DNA of 64,000 nucleotides from Enterobacter phage fGh-Ecl02: sequence record ON212266.1; one strand, 5' to 3'. Shown piece by piece: positions 56,805 to 64,000 of this stretch (position 1 is its first letter; each line of letters starts with the position of its first letter). The notes under the pieces were generated by a model. It saw only the letters and a program-made list of their open reading frames with translations, ran no database searches and was not told where the DNA came from. The position numbers and the translations under genes were made by a program.

Positions 56805-58127
56805 ATGGCTAAGAAACTTGTTACCGAACAAATGCGCGAGCAGTGGCTGCCAGTTCTTCAGAAAGAATCTGAAAGCATCCAGCCGCTTTCTGCCGAAAAC
56901 GTTGCCGTCCGTCTGCTGCAAAACCAGGCTGAGTGGAACGCCAAAAACCTGGGCGAATCCGACGCTCCTGGCTCCGTGAACGCCTCTGTGGGCAAATGGC
57001 AGCCAGTCCTGATCGACATGGCCAAACGTCTGGCTCCGGTCAACATCGCGATGGACTTCTTCGGCGTTCAGCCGCTGTCTGGTCCTGACGGTCAGATCTT
57101 CGCACTGCGTGCTCGCCAAGGTGTTGCAGACGGTTCCAACACTGCACAGTCCCGTAAAGAACTGTTCATGCAGGAAGCTGATTCTGGCTATTCTGGTGAC
57201 GGCACTGCTCAGGCTGGCGACCCATCTGGCTTTACCCAGACTGAGATCGAAGGTTCCGGCGCTGCTACCACCACCATCGGTAAAGGCATGCCATCTACCG
57301 ACGCTGAACTGCTGGGCACCACCACCAACCCATGGGCACGTGTTGGTATCACCGTTCAGAAAGCAACCGTGACTGCGAAGTCTCGCGGCCTGTACGCTGA
57401 CTACAGCCACGAACTGCGCCAGGACATGATGGCGATCCACGGCGAAGACGTTGACAGCATCCTGTCCGACGTGATGGTAACTGAAATTCAGGCAGAGATG
57501 AACCGTGAGTTTATCCGCACCATGAACTTCAGCGCAGTACGCTTCAAAAAATTCGGCACCAACGGCATTGTAGATATCTCCACTGACATCTCCGGTCGTT
57601 GGGCGCTGGAAAAATGGAAGTACATGACTTTCATGCTGGAAGTTGAAGCGAACGGCATCGGTGTTGACACCCGTCGTGGTAAAGGCAACCGTGTTCTGTG
57701 CTCTCCGAACGTAGCATCCGCTCTGGCGATGTCCGGCATGCTAGATTATGCTCCGGCTCTGCAGGAAAACACCAAGCTGGCGATTGATCCGACTGGTCAG
57801 ACCTTCGCTGGTGTGCTGTCTAACGGTATGCGTGTCTACATCGACCCGTATGCAGTAGCAGAATACATCACCCTGGCATACAAAGGCGCAACCGCGCTGG
57901 ATGCTGGTATCTTCTTCGCCCCATACGTTCCGCTGGAGATGTACCGCACCCAGGGTGAAACCACCTTCGCTCCACGCATGGCGTTCAAGACACGCTACGG
58001 GATTTGTGCCAACCCGTTCGTTCAGATCCCAGCGAACCAGGATCCGCAGGTTTATGTGACTGCCGATGGTATCGCCCAGGACAGCAACGTGTATTTCCGC
58101 AAAGGGTTGATCAAAGGCCTGTTTTAA
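56805..58127 (+). CDS. major capsid protein (T4 gp23-like) 440 aa
   Basis: 'MDFFGVQPLSGPDGQIFALRARQG' aligns with T4 gp23 'FDICGVQPMNSPTGQVFALRAVYG'. Confidence 0.9.
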   Translation: MAKKLVTEQMREQWLPVLQKESESIQPLSAENVAVRLLQNQAEWNAKNLGESDAPGSVNASVGKWQPVLIDMAKRLAPVNIAMDFFGVQPLSGPDGQIFALRARQGVADGSNTAQSRKELFMQEADSGYSGDGTAQAGDPSGFTQTEIEGSGAATTTIGKGMPSTDAELLGTTTNPWARVGITVQKATVTAKSRGLYADYSHELRQDMMAIHGEDVDSILSDVMVTEIQAEMNREFIRTMNFSAVRFKKFGTNGIVDISTDISGRWALEKWKYMTFMLEVEANGIGVDTRRGKGNRVLCSPNVASALAMSGMLDYAPALQENTKLAIDPTGQTFAGVLSNGMRVYIDPYAVAEYITLAYKGATALDAGIFFAPYVPLEMYRTQGETTFAPRMAFKTRYGICANPFVQIPANQDPQVYVTADGIAQDSNVYFRKGLIKGLF

Positions 58128-58149
58128 TAATTAAAACAATGGCTTACGT

Positions 58150-58186
58150 CCTAACAAACCCCGCTTCGGCGGGGTTTTTATTTGTA
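58150..58186 (+). terminator. strong rho-independent terminator after the capsid gene
   Basis: aaaccccgc-ttcg-gcggggttt followed by tttatttg. Confidence 0.8.
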
Positions 58187-58231
58187 TAGAAAGTGTTTGG
58201 GGTTAATATTCTTCTATAAGGAGAATAGCGT

Positions 58232-59758
58232 ATGTACACCAAATCATGTAAAGTCTGCCACAAACAGTTCCAAAGCAAAATCAAAAATGCAGGAATCTGT
58301 AGCTTAGATTGTCGTAAATTCTATGACAACACCGTGCCGCGCATAAAGCCTGAAATGTTGGCAGACGCTCTGGTGATAACTGATGAAGAAGACTACAAAG
58401 AATTCATCAGAGAATATTTTTACATGAAAAATGGGAAACTGAATTACCAACTTCTTTCTTCCCCCCTTCTTGCGTCTTACCTGAATATGGATCCTCTCAA
58501 GTTTGCTAACTCCCACAATAAAGAGCAAAGTGTAAACGAACGGGTGTTGGTTTGGTTGTATGACTTACAACCAGGGAAGTGTCGGATGTGTGGCAGAAAA
58601 ACTTCATTGGACATAAAAAATTCTATCCCAGCATACAGACAGTATTGTTCCGAGTCTTGTTATGCCCAGTCTATGAAGAGAGGCGGTGAAGGCCGAAAAT
58701 CGTTAGACCATTCCATCAAAAGGAAATATGGCGTTCGTAATGTATTTCTTATCCCTTCTATACTGAAGGTCGCCAAAGAAAATAACGTAAAAACGTGTAT
58801 GGAAAAATACGGGGTTCCTCATGTGTTGTGCAATCCTGATATGTACAAGCACATCACCAAAGATCTTAATAACCAGTCCAAGGCAGAAAGGGAAATATGT
58901 GAATGGTTGGAGTCCGTAGGCGTTAAGCACACCACATCCGATTATTCTTTGATGAAAGGCTATGAATTTGAAGACGGTGGAACTCGGCGCCAGATCGACA
59001 TCTACTGTCCAGACCACAAACTGGCAATTGAATTTAACGGCCTGTACTGGCATAGTGAGATACACAAATATCGCCGTTATCATCTCGAAAAGACAGAGGC
59101 ATGTGAAGCACAAGGCGTTCAGCTGATACACATCTGGGAAGATGAGTGGCATAACAACCCAGAGATCGTGAAAGGGTTGCTGGCTGCCAAACTCGGGATC
59201 AAGAAGCCATCCGGGTACGCCCGTCAGTGTTATGTAGAGGAAGGTAAGAAGTCGGACATTCTAGAACTCCTGGCCTCTCAACACATACAGGGCACCATTC
59301 ATTCGGCCACGCATTACCTTCTCCTCAGAGATAAGAGAGACAACCGGGTTCGGGCTGTCATGACCTTTATCAAACGTGTGGTGAAGGGGGAACAGTGTAT
59401 GGAACTTACGAGGTTTGCCTCCGACGGCATTCACGGGGCGTTCTCTAAACTGCTGGCGTACTACAAGGAACATCTCTGGGATGGCGTGAAGACTTTCTCC
59501 TTTGGCGATAGGTGTGTTGTTAGTCGGTTGTCCAACATTTATCTTTCTCACGGGTTCGTCGAGGAAGAAATACAAGACCCGGATTACAAATATCACAAAC
59601 CAGGGACTCTCATGCGGGAGCACAAGTTTGGATTCAGAAAGGCAGACTTTGCTCAGATGGGCTATGACGTAGAAGGTAAGACAGAAGATCAGTTAGCAAC
59701 CGAAGCCGGGCTGGTCAGGATTTGGAATTGTGGACTGATCAAATATGTCTTGAACTAA
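58232..59758 (+). CDS. Zn-finger + PD-(D/E)XK (DUF559/Vsr-like) endonuclease-like protein 508 aa, probable freestanding homing-endonuclease-like gene
   Basis: Two CxxC...CxxC clusters at the N-terminus. 'DIYCPDHKLAIEFNGLYWHSE' endonuclease motif. Confidence 0.6.
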   Translation: MYTKSCKVCHKQFQSKIKNAGICSLDCRKFYDNTVPRIKPEMLADALVITDEEDYKEFIREYFYMKNGKLNYQLLSSPLLASYLNMDPLKFANSHNKEQSVNERVLVWLYDLQPGKCRMCGRKTSLDIKNSIPAYRQYCSESCYAQSMKRGGEGRKSLDHSIKRKYGVRNVFLIPSILKVAKENNVKTCMEKYGVPHVLCNPDMYKHITKDLNNQSKAEREICEWLESVGVKHTTSDYSLMKGYEFEDGGTRRQIDIYCPDHKLAIEFNGLYWHSEIHKYRRYHLEKTEACEAQGVQLIHIWEDEWHNNPEIVKGLLAAKLGIKKPSGYARQCYVEEGKKSDILELLASQHIQGTIHSATHYLLLRDKRDNRVRAVMTFIKRVVKGEQCMELTRFASDGIHGAFSKLLAYYKEHLWDGVKTFSFGDRCVVSRLSNIYLSHGFVEEEIQDPDYKYHKPGTLMREHKFGFRKADFAQMGYDVEGKTEDQLATEAGLVRIWNCGLIKYVLN

Positions 59759-59766
59759 AAGATCAT

Positions 59767-59803
59767 TTCAATAACAGGGTGAGAGGTATTATTGCCCCGT
59801 CTA
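59767..59803 (+). repeat. 37-nt direct repeat copy 1 (ttcaataacagggtgagaggtattattgccccgtcta)
   Basis: Second copy at 60028-60064, with 1 mismatch. Confidence 0.8.
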
Positions 59804-59820
59804 TTAATCGAGGAAATCAC

Positions 59821-60022
59821 AATGAGCCTGAAAGAAGATTCTGTAAACACCACAGTCGCCAACTCCACCTTCCGTGAGTGGCACGACGTATTGTGTAAAG
59901 TCGCGAAAAGCCAGGGTGGTTCAGCCGCCGACGCCGACGCCTGGCGTGATGATTACGAAGCGGGCAAGACCCCGCGTCAGTCTTGGGAAGATGAATGGGG
60001 TTGGGAAGAACAAGAAGGATAA
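59821..60022 (+). CDS. hypothetical acidic protein 67 aa
   Basis: Start MSLKEDS. The track N-terminus 'MPRLL' lies inside the repeat. Confidence 0.35.
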
Positions 60023-60027
60023 CAGTT

Positions 60028-60064
60028 TTCAATAACGGGGTGAGAGGTATTATTGCCCCGTCTA
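60028..60064 (+). repeat. 37-nt direct repeat copy 2
   Basis: See copy 1. Confidence 0.8.
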
Positions 60065-60082
60065 CTATCCGAGGGTTGTATC

Positions 60083-60307
60083 ATGTACCTGAAAAAGACT
60101 GTGAAGAAGCCGAAAGGCGAAGTGATCGAAGTGTGCCTTATTGAGGCTTATGTTGACTCCTGGAATAACGAGCAGCGCTACTTCATGGTCAACACATTGG
60201 TGTATGTGCCAGCCTCTCACCTGAACCGTGATTTCATCACAACCGAGAACATCGTCCGCTGGGAGATTGCAACGCAGTCCGATATCGACGAACACAACAT
60301 TCTTTGA
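60083..60307 (+). CDS. hypothetical protein 74 aa
   Basis: Start MYLKKTVKK. Confidence 0.35.
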   Translation: MYLKKTVKKPKGEVIEVCLIEAYVDSWNNEQRYFMVNTLVYVPASHLNRDFITTENIVRWEIATQSDIDEHNIL

Positions 60308-60324
60308 AAGGAAGGATCTATATC

Positions 60325-60768
60325 ATGTCAAAAGAGAAATACATTTTCATCAGTCCTGCCACGAAGGAGTTCTTCATCTCTGACGTGAAAGACCGTGTTG
60401 AGAAGTTCCGCTACATGCGCAGCTATGGTCTGGCGTCTGGTGAGATCGATTACCAGTCCCTGGATAATGATCGCCAGGATCTGATTGATGACGGCTGGCG
60501 TTTGGTCCCATCCCCTCAGTATATCCATATCAAGCTGTACTACATGAAGGACAGCGGGAAGTATTATTCTGAAGGTGAACTCGTCCTCAATCGTGGAGAG
60601 GCTGAAGCTGAACCTGCTAAGTCCTGGATGGACACTATGGATAAAATCCGCTATCTGCTCGACTCAGGCAATTTGCCCGGTTTGGTTAAAGGTGCCCGGT
60701 ACGAGGTCTTCGTGACCGGAGAAGGGCATCCAGGTGGTTATCCACAACTGTTCCGCATTAACAACTGA
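60325..60768 (+). CDS. hypothetical protein 147 aa
   Basis: RBS aaggaag before ATG 60325. Confidence 0.45.
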   Translation: MSKEKYIFISPATKEFFISDVKDRVEKFRYMRSYGLASGEIDYQSLDNDRQDLIDDGWRLVPSPQYIHIKLYYMKDSGKYYSEGELVLNRGEAEAEPAKSWMDTMDKIRYLLDSGNLPGLVKGARYEVFVTGEGHPGGYPQLFRINN

Positions 60769-60776
60769 GGTCAAAC

Positions 60777-61013
60777 ATGATTATCAAAAAGATCGGCGCA
60801 AGTCCTCTCACTGGTACTATATTCCAGGGCAGGTTGAACACCAAAACCAGCATGTGGGTTGGTGAGAAGACCGACGTGACAGATGACTGCGTGGCGGCCA
60901 CGGCTGAACACTTGCGTCACATCAAGAAAGACTATTGCTTCCCAACAACGGATGGTAAGTTTCTGGTGCTGAGCGCCGAGGTTCACGACACCCTTCCTGA
61001 TCGCTTCAAATAA
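60777..61013 (+). CDS. hypothetical protein 78 aa
   Basis: ORF. Confidence 0.4.
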   Translation: MIIKKIGASPLTGTIFQGRLNTKTSMWVGEKTDVTDDCVAATAEHLRHIKKDYCFPTTDGKFLVLSAEVHDTLPDRFK

Positions 61014-61024
61014 ATTTTAAATTT

Positions 61025-61070
61025 ATTCAATAAAACGGGGTTTACTTCTTCAATAAACCCCGTATACTTC
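61025..61070 (+). promoter_or_regulatory. T4-type early promoter (GTTTAC-N17-TATACT) overlapping a hairpin
   Basis: -35 gtttac 61040-61045, -10 tatact 61063-61068. The downstream 5'UTR ...gaaggaaatatatcATG is nearly identical to that at 16040-16058. Confidence 0.55.
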
Positions 61071-61116
61071 ATTCCATAAGCAGCACAACACTGACTTGAA
61101 ATGAAGGAAATATATC

Positions 61117-61446
61117 ATGACTTTTAAAGGCTTTGTAGCATTCGACGCAACCAAAACCAACGTGCTGAGCAACCCGCAGCTGGAAACCATCTCTGAAATG
61201 CGCCAGTGGGTGATGGGGATCACTGGCCATCAAACCAGAAAGGATCTTGAAGCGGAGTTCTATATCGAACCTGCTGAAGTCTTCTTCAATCGCCCTGAAG
61301 ATGAACCGTTCATCCGTCAAGACTTGGATGACAATGATATCACTCTCGCGGTCTTCTCTGAAGCAAAAGCGGCTATGATCGTGGACGGCCTGTGTGATGA
61401 GTCCTTCACATACGATGAATACTGCGATCAGTGTCAGGATCTGTGA
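61117..61446 (+). CDS. hypothetical protein 109 aa
   Basis: Driven by the early promoter above. Confidence 0.45.
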   Translation: MTFKGFVAFDATKTNVLSNPQLETISEMRQWVMGITGHQTRKDLEAEFYIEPAEVFFNRPEDEPFIRQDLDDNDITLAVFSEAKAAMIVDGLCDESFTYDEYCDQCQDL

Positions 61447-61515
61447 TTTGTTCTAAACCTTTGAACAGGGTATGTTAACCGCATACCCTATCCCCTACAA
61501 ATAGAGGACTTTACC

Positions 61516-61860
61516 ATGGCAGCAGACACCAAACTGAACAAATCCGTGGAGATCCCCCACATCGTCAAATTCGAAAAGCCGAGTGAGCGCAAGCCACGCA
61601 AAACGCGCCGCCTGGTCACCAAGCTGGATCTTCTGAAACAGAAGTTCGGCGACCACAGCGTGTTCACTCGCATTCGCAATGCAATAAAGGAAGGGCGAAC
61701 TGAGCTGGAGCTATATCGACCGAACGGTTCGACACGCGCATATCGGACCACTGACGGCTTACTGGAACTGATCCGCCTGAGCGGGATGACGATCGAACCT
61801 CGTTCGTCAGGCACTCCTCTGTGCTCCCTGTACGTAATCGGCAATCTTGGGGCGCTGTGA
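61516..61860 (+). CDS. basic protein 114 aa
   Basis: 'KPSERKPRKTRRLVTK'. Confidence 0.4.
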   Translation: MAADTKLNKSVEIPHIVKFEKPSERKPRKTRRLVTKLDLLKQKFGDHSVFTRIRNAIKEGRTELELYRPNGSTRAYRTTDGLLELIRLSGMTIEPRSSGTPLCSLYVIGNLGAL

Positions 61861-61864
61861 TTCT

Positions 61865-62287
61865 ATGAAGAAGTATATCGTTCTCATTACGGGTTCCCGC
61901 TCAATCACCGAGCGGGATAAGGTATTCGCCAAGCTGGACGAACTCCTCGATCCTCATGAAGTCTATACGTTGATCGAGGGTGAGGCCACGGGTGTCGACA
62001 CGATTTGCCGTGATTGGGCTGAAATCAATTATGTTCATATCACTCCCATGCCGATCCCTCCGAGCTATTATGAAAAGTATGGGAAAGGGATGGGCAACAA
62101 ACGCAATCAGGACATGTTAGACAAGGCATTGGATCTCGTCAGGCAGACCAAGCTGGAAGTGTATCCGATTGCGATGTGGGATGGTTCGTCCACTGGCACC
62201 CTGGACATGATCAACCGTTGCAAGAAAGCTGGCCTCCCTGTGGATATCACTCTAATGGGTAAGCCGAAGACCAAGCGCCTTTTGTAA
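61865..62287 (+). CDS. SLOG/DUF2493 (YspA/DprA-LOG)-like protein 140 aa
   Basis: 'YIVLITGSRSI...EGEATGVDT...WDGSSTGT'. Confidence 0.4.
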   Translation: MKKYIVLITGSRSITERDKVFAKLDELLDPHEVYTLIEGEATGVDTICRDWAEINYVHITPMPIPPSYYEKYGKGMGNKRNQDMLDKALDLVRQTKLEVYPIAMWDGSSTGTLDMINRCKKAGLPVDITLMGKPKTKRLL

Positions 62288-62326
62288 CATATCATAAATA
62301 ATTTGAGCACACAGCGGAGATACATC

Positions 62327-62497
62327 ATGTTTGTCGTCATCAATCTGTTCTGTTACATCTTCACGGCGTACTTCTTGGGCGCGGTAGGGATCGAGACCTA
62401 CAATGACCTGAAGGATGGGGAATACGCCAACCGAATGGTTTATGTCAAGAAGTTTGTTCGTAAGTTCTGGTCCAACTTCGTTTACAAACTACCATGA
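62327..62497 (+). CDS. small membrane protein 56 aa
   Basis: 'MFVVINLFCYIFTAYFLGAVGI'. Confidence 0.35.
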   Translation: MFVVINLFCYIFTAYFLGAVGIETYNDLKDGEYANRMVYVKKFVRKFWSNFVYKLP

Positions 62498-62500
62498 TCC

Positions 62501-62535
62501 CTAAATACCCCCATCATCCATGGGGGTATTTTCTT
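62501..62535 (+). promoter_or_regulatory. late promoter CTAAATAccccc + hairpin
   Basis: ctaaatacccccatcatccatgggggtatttt then ATG 62536. Confidence 0.5.
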
Positions 62536-63264
62536 ATGAACGCACAGATCTATGACGCCCTATCGCAGGGCAACGCCTTTACCAATCCTCTCCCGTCCCT
62601 CAGCAGCGCCTCAAAGGGGTTAATCACCAGTGGTAAGGCGACTACAGCGTCACTGGCTAACACCGGAAATACGCAGATTCAGGAAGCGCTGACGGCAGGT
62701 GGGTTGACTACAGCCAAACTCAACGAATCTACAGCAATGTTCAACTCAGCCAACGACAGCATCACTGCTTTGAACAACTATGGCGACCAGTCAGTGAACG
62801 AGGCATATTCCCGCATCGGTACATCTGTGTCATATAAGTCCGCCCTGAAGTCTATAGGTAGAGAACCGAACAACTGTGATCTGATCAATAATGCATTTGG
62901 GGTTATTCAGAACCTCGGCAAACAGTGGATCAACACCATGCAAAGTGTTCTCACAACTATCACAAACAAGATGAATGAGCTGGCTGAGTTGGTAGCTCAG
63001 GGTGTCAGTGCTGGTCTTGATGCTATTCGGGCACTGGCTGCTGAAGTTACTCAGGCCATCGACACTGCTGTCGCATCAGTAGCCTCTATTGCTCAAGACA
63101 TCACGAACGGTATTGCAGCAGAGTTAGCCCATATCCAAGACATGGTTGGTAAGTGTCTTAACTTCTCTTTCGCCAACGTGATCTCAGAGTGGGCGAAAGA
63201 TATCTGCGCCGGAGGTGTCATCAACAGCATCGGTTCCGATAATCTGAAGAACGCGCTGAAGTAA
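62536..63264 (+). CDS. late-expressed hypothetical (probably virion) protein 242 aa
   Basis: Late promoter cassette. Ala/Ser/Thr-rich sequence. Confidence 0.45.
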   Translation: MNAQIYDALSQGNAFTNPLPSLSSASKGLITSGKATTASLANTGNTQIQEALTAGGLTTAKLNESTAMFNSANDSITALNNYGDQSVNEAYSRIGTSVSYKSALKSIGREPNNCDLINNAFGVIQNLGKQWINTMQSVLTTITNKMNELAELVAQGVSAGLDAIRALAAEVTQAIDTAVASVASIAQDITNGIAAELAHIQDMVGKCLNFSFANVISEWAKDICAGGVINSIGSDNLKNALK

Positions 63265-63963
63265 TCAGTGCTCCCGCGCCGGAAGAACTCCCACTGGTTC
63301 GATGCCATCCAACAGCAGGGAGTTCACACCCACATTACTCAGTCTGATCAAGATCGTTCCCCCTGGGTTAACTTCAAAGATACTCATCCCATTTCCAACC
63401 GCGTCGTTGTTAACGAACACACCCTGAGTTGCGATTCGTACTGGTTTATCTGAGTCATTCATGATCTTGAACGTCACGATTATATCTGATGTTGTATCCA
63501 GTCGCCCAACCATGTGTTGCTTCAGCTTGGCATGGAATGATGGGTTAAAGGTGATAATGATGCTGTTGTTCTGAGAGTAATAAATACTTGCTGATAGGTA
63601 TGGAATCTTCCCTTCATCGCCATGCCGCAGGAGAGGAATTGTGGTCTTCCAGTATGGCTTGAGGGTGCTCATGTTCTCATCAAAGCAACCTAAAGGTACG
63701 AGCTTCTGGAAGGGCTGGAACTCTTGCACGATGATGTCCAGCATACCCTTGTTACAAGTGGGAACGCTGGCCGACAACGTCACAGGTACAGTGCGCACTT
63801 CTGGGTTCCAGAGTTCGGAAACAGAAATTATTGGCGTGACAAAGATGCGACAGCTCGTAAACAAGAGCATCGAGCATGCCAACAACAATCTACTGATCCC
63901 GCGCATCAGGGTCACAAAATATCTCCACAGCAAAGGTGCTATTATGTCCAACGTACAATTCAA
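63265..63963 (-). CDS. putative lipoprotein about 213-232 aa
   Basis: 'MRGISRLLLAC' has the lipobox LLAC. Convergent with the preceding gene. Confidence 0.45.
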   Translation of the reverse strand: MNCTLDIIAPLLWRYFVTLMRGISRLLLACSMLLFTSCRIFVTPIISVSELWNPEVRTVPVTLSASVPTCNKGMLDIIVQEFQPFQKLVPLGCFDENMSTLKPYWKTTIPLLRHGDEGKIPYLSASIYYSQNNSIIITFNPSFHAKLKQHMVGRLDTTSDIIVTFKIMNDSDKPVRIATQGVFVNNDAVGNGMSIFEVNPGGTILIRLSNVGVNSLLLDGIEPVGVLPAREH

Positions 63964-64000
63964 GAACGAAAACCCTAATTTCGCGGCGTCCGATAAGTGG

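Noticed and set aside
55763-57440. Minus-strand ORFs of 257 and 218 aa
   Set aside because: Antisense to the scaffold and major capsid protein genes. The capsid gene is confirmed by gp23 homology.
1-64000. CRISPR arrays, integrase or att sites
   Set aside because: No spaced direct-repeat arrays and no recombinase-like ORFs. The repeats found are promoter cassettes, terminator hairpins and in-gene tandem repeats.

Overview
This window is a 64-kb segment of a large T4-like myovirus genome that fits the Ackermannviridae (ViI/CBA120-like) architecture. It is not bacterial chromosome. It falls into four parts.

1. Positions 1-19.6 kb are an early/middle gene block, almost entirely on the minus strand. 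It holds a family-B DNA polymerase (YGDTDS motif), a 918-aa GHKL/Bergerat-fold ATPase, a GIY-YIG-like/P-loop kinase fusion, a fold-type-II PLP enzyme, a HAD phosphatase, LemA-like and Cys-rich membrane proteins and several acidic small proteins.

2. Positions 19.7-20.9 kb carry a minus-strand tRNA cluster with four confident tRNAs: Ser-GCU, Tyr-GUA, Asn-GUU and Met/Ile2-CAU. It is followed by about 2 kb (20.9-22.95 kb) with no credible ORF and several long perfect inverted repeats.

3. Positions 23.9-58.1 kb are a plus-strand late structural module in T4 gene order. It runs baseplate wedge gp6-like, a fibre protein with tandem repeats, four consecutive right-handed beta-helix tailspike genes, a 1612-aa structural protein, neck gp13/14/15, terminase small subunit, terminase large subunit interrupted by an in-frame 159-aa mini-intein at the Walker-A P-loop, tail sheath, a freestanding GIY-YIG homing endonuclease, tail tube, portal, prohead core proteins, prohead protease, scaffold and a gp23-like major capsid protein with a rho-independent terminator.

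4. Positions 58.2-64 kb begin with a Zn-finger/PD-(D/E)XK endonuclease-like gene, followed by small ORFs.

Two promoter types recur. The motif CTAAATAcccc, usually fused to a hairpin whose 3' arm abuts the start codon, lies upstream of the structural genes and of two minus-strand genes embedded in the early block. T4-type early promoters (GTTTAC-N17-TATACT) with a shared 5'UTR module occur at two places.

Most worth follow-up: the terminase intein, the candidate thymidine-hypermodification gene set, the late-expressed ART-like and acidic pair in the early region, the GHKL ATPase, the four-tailspike cassette with identical 40-nt promoter-hairpin repeats, and the ORF-free structured region.
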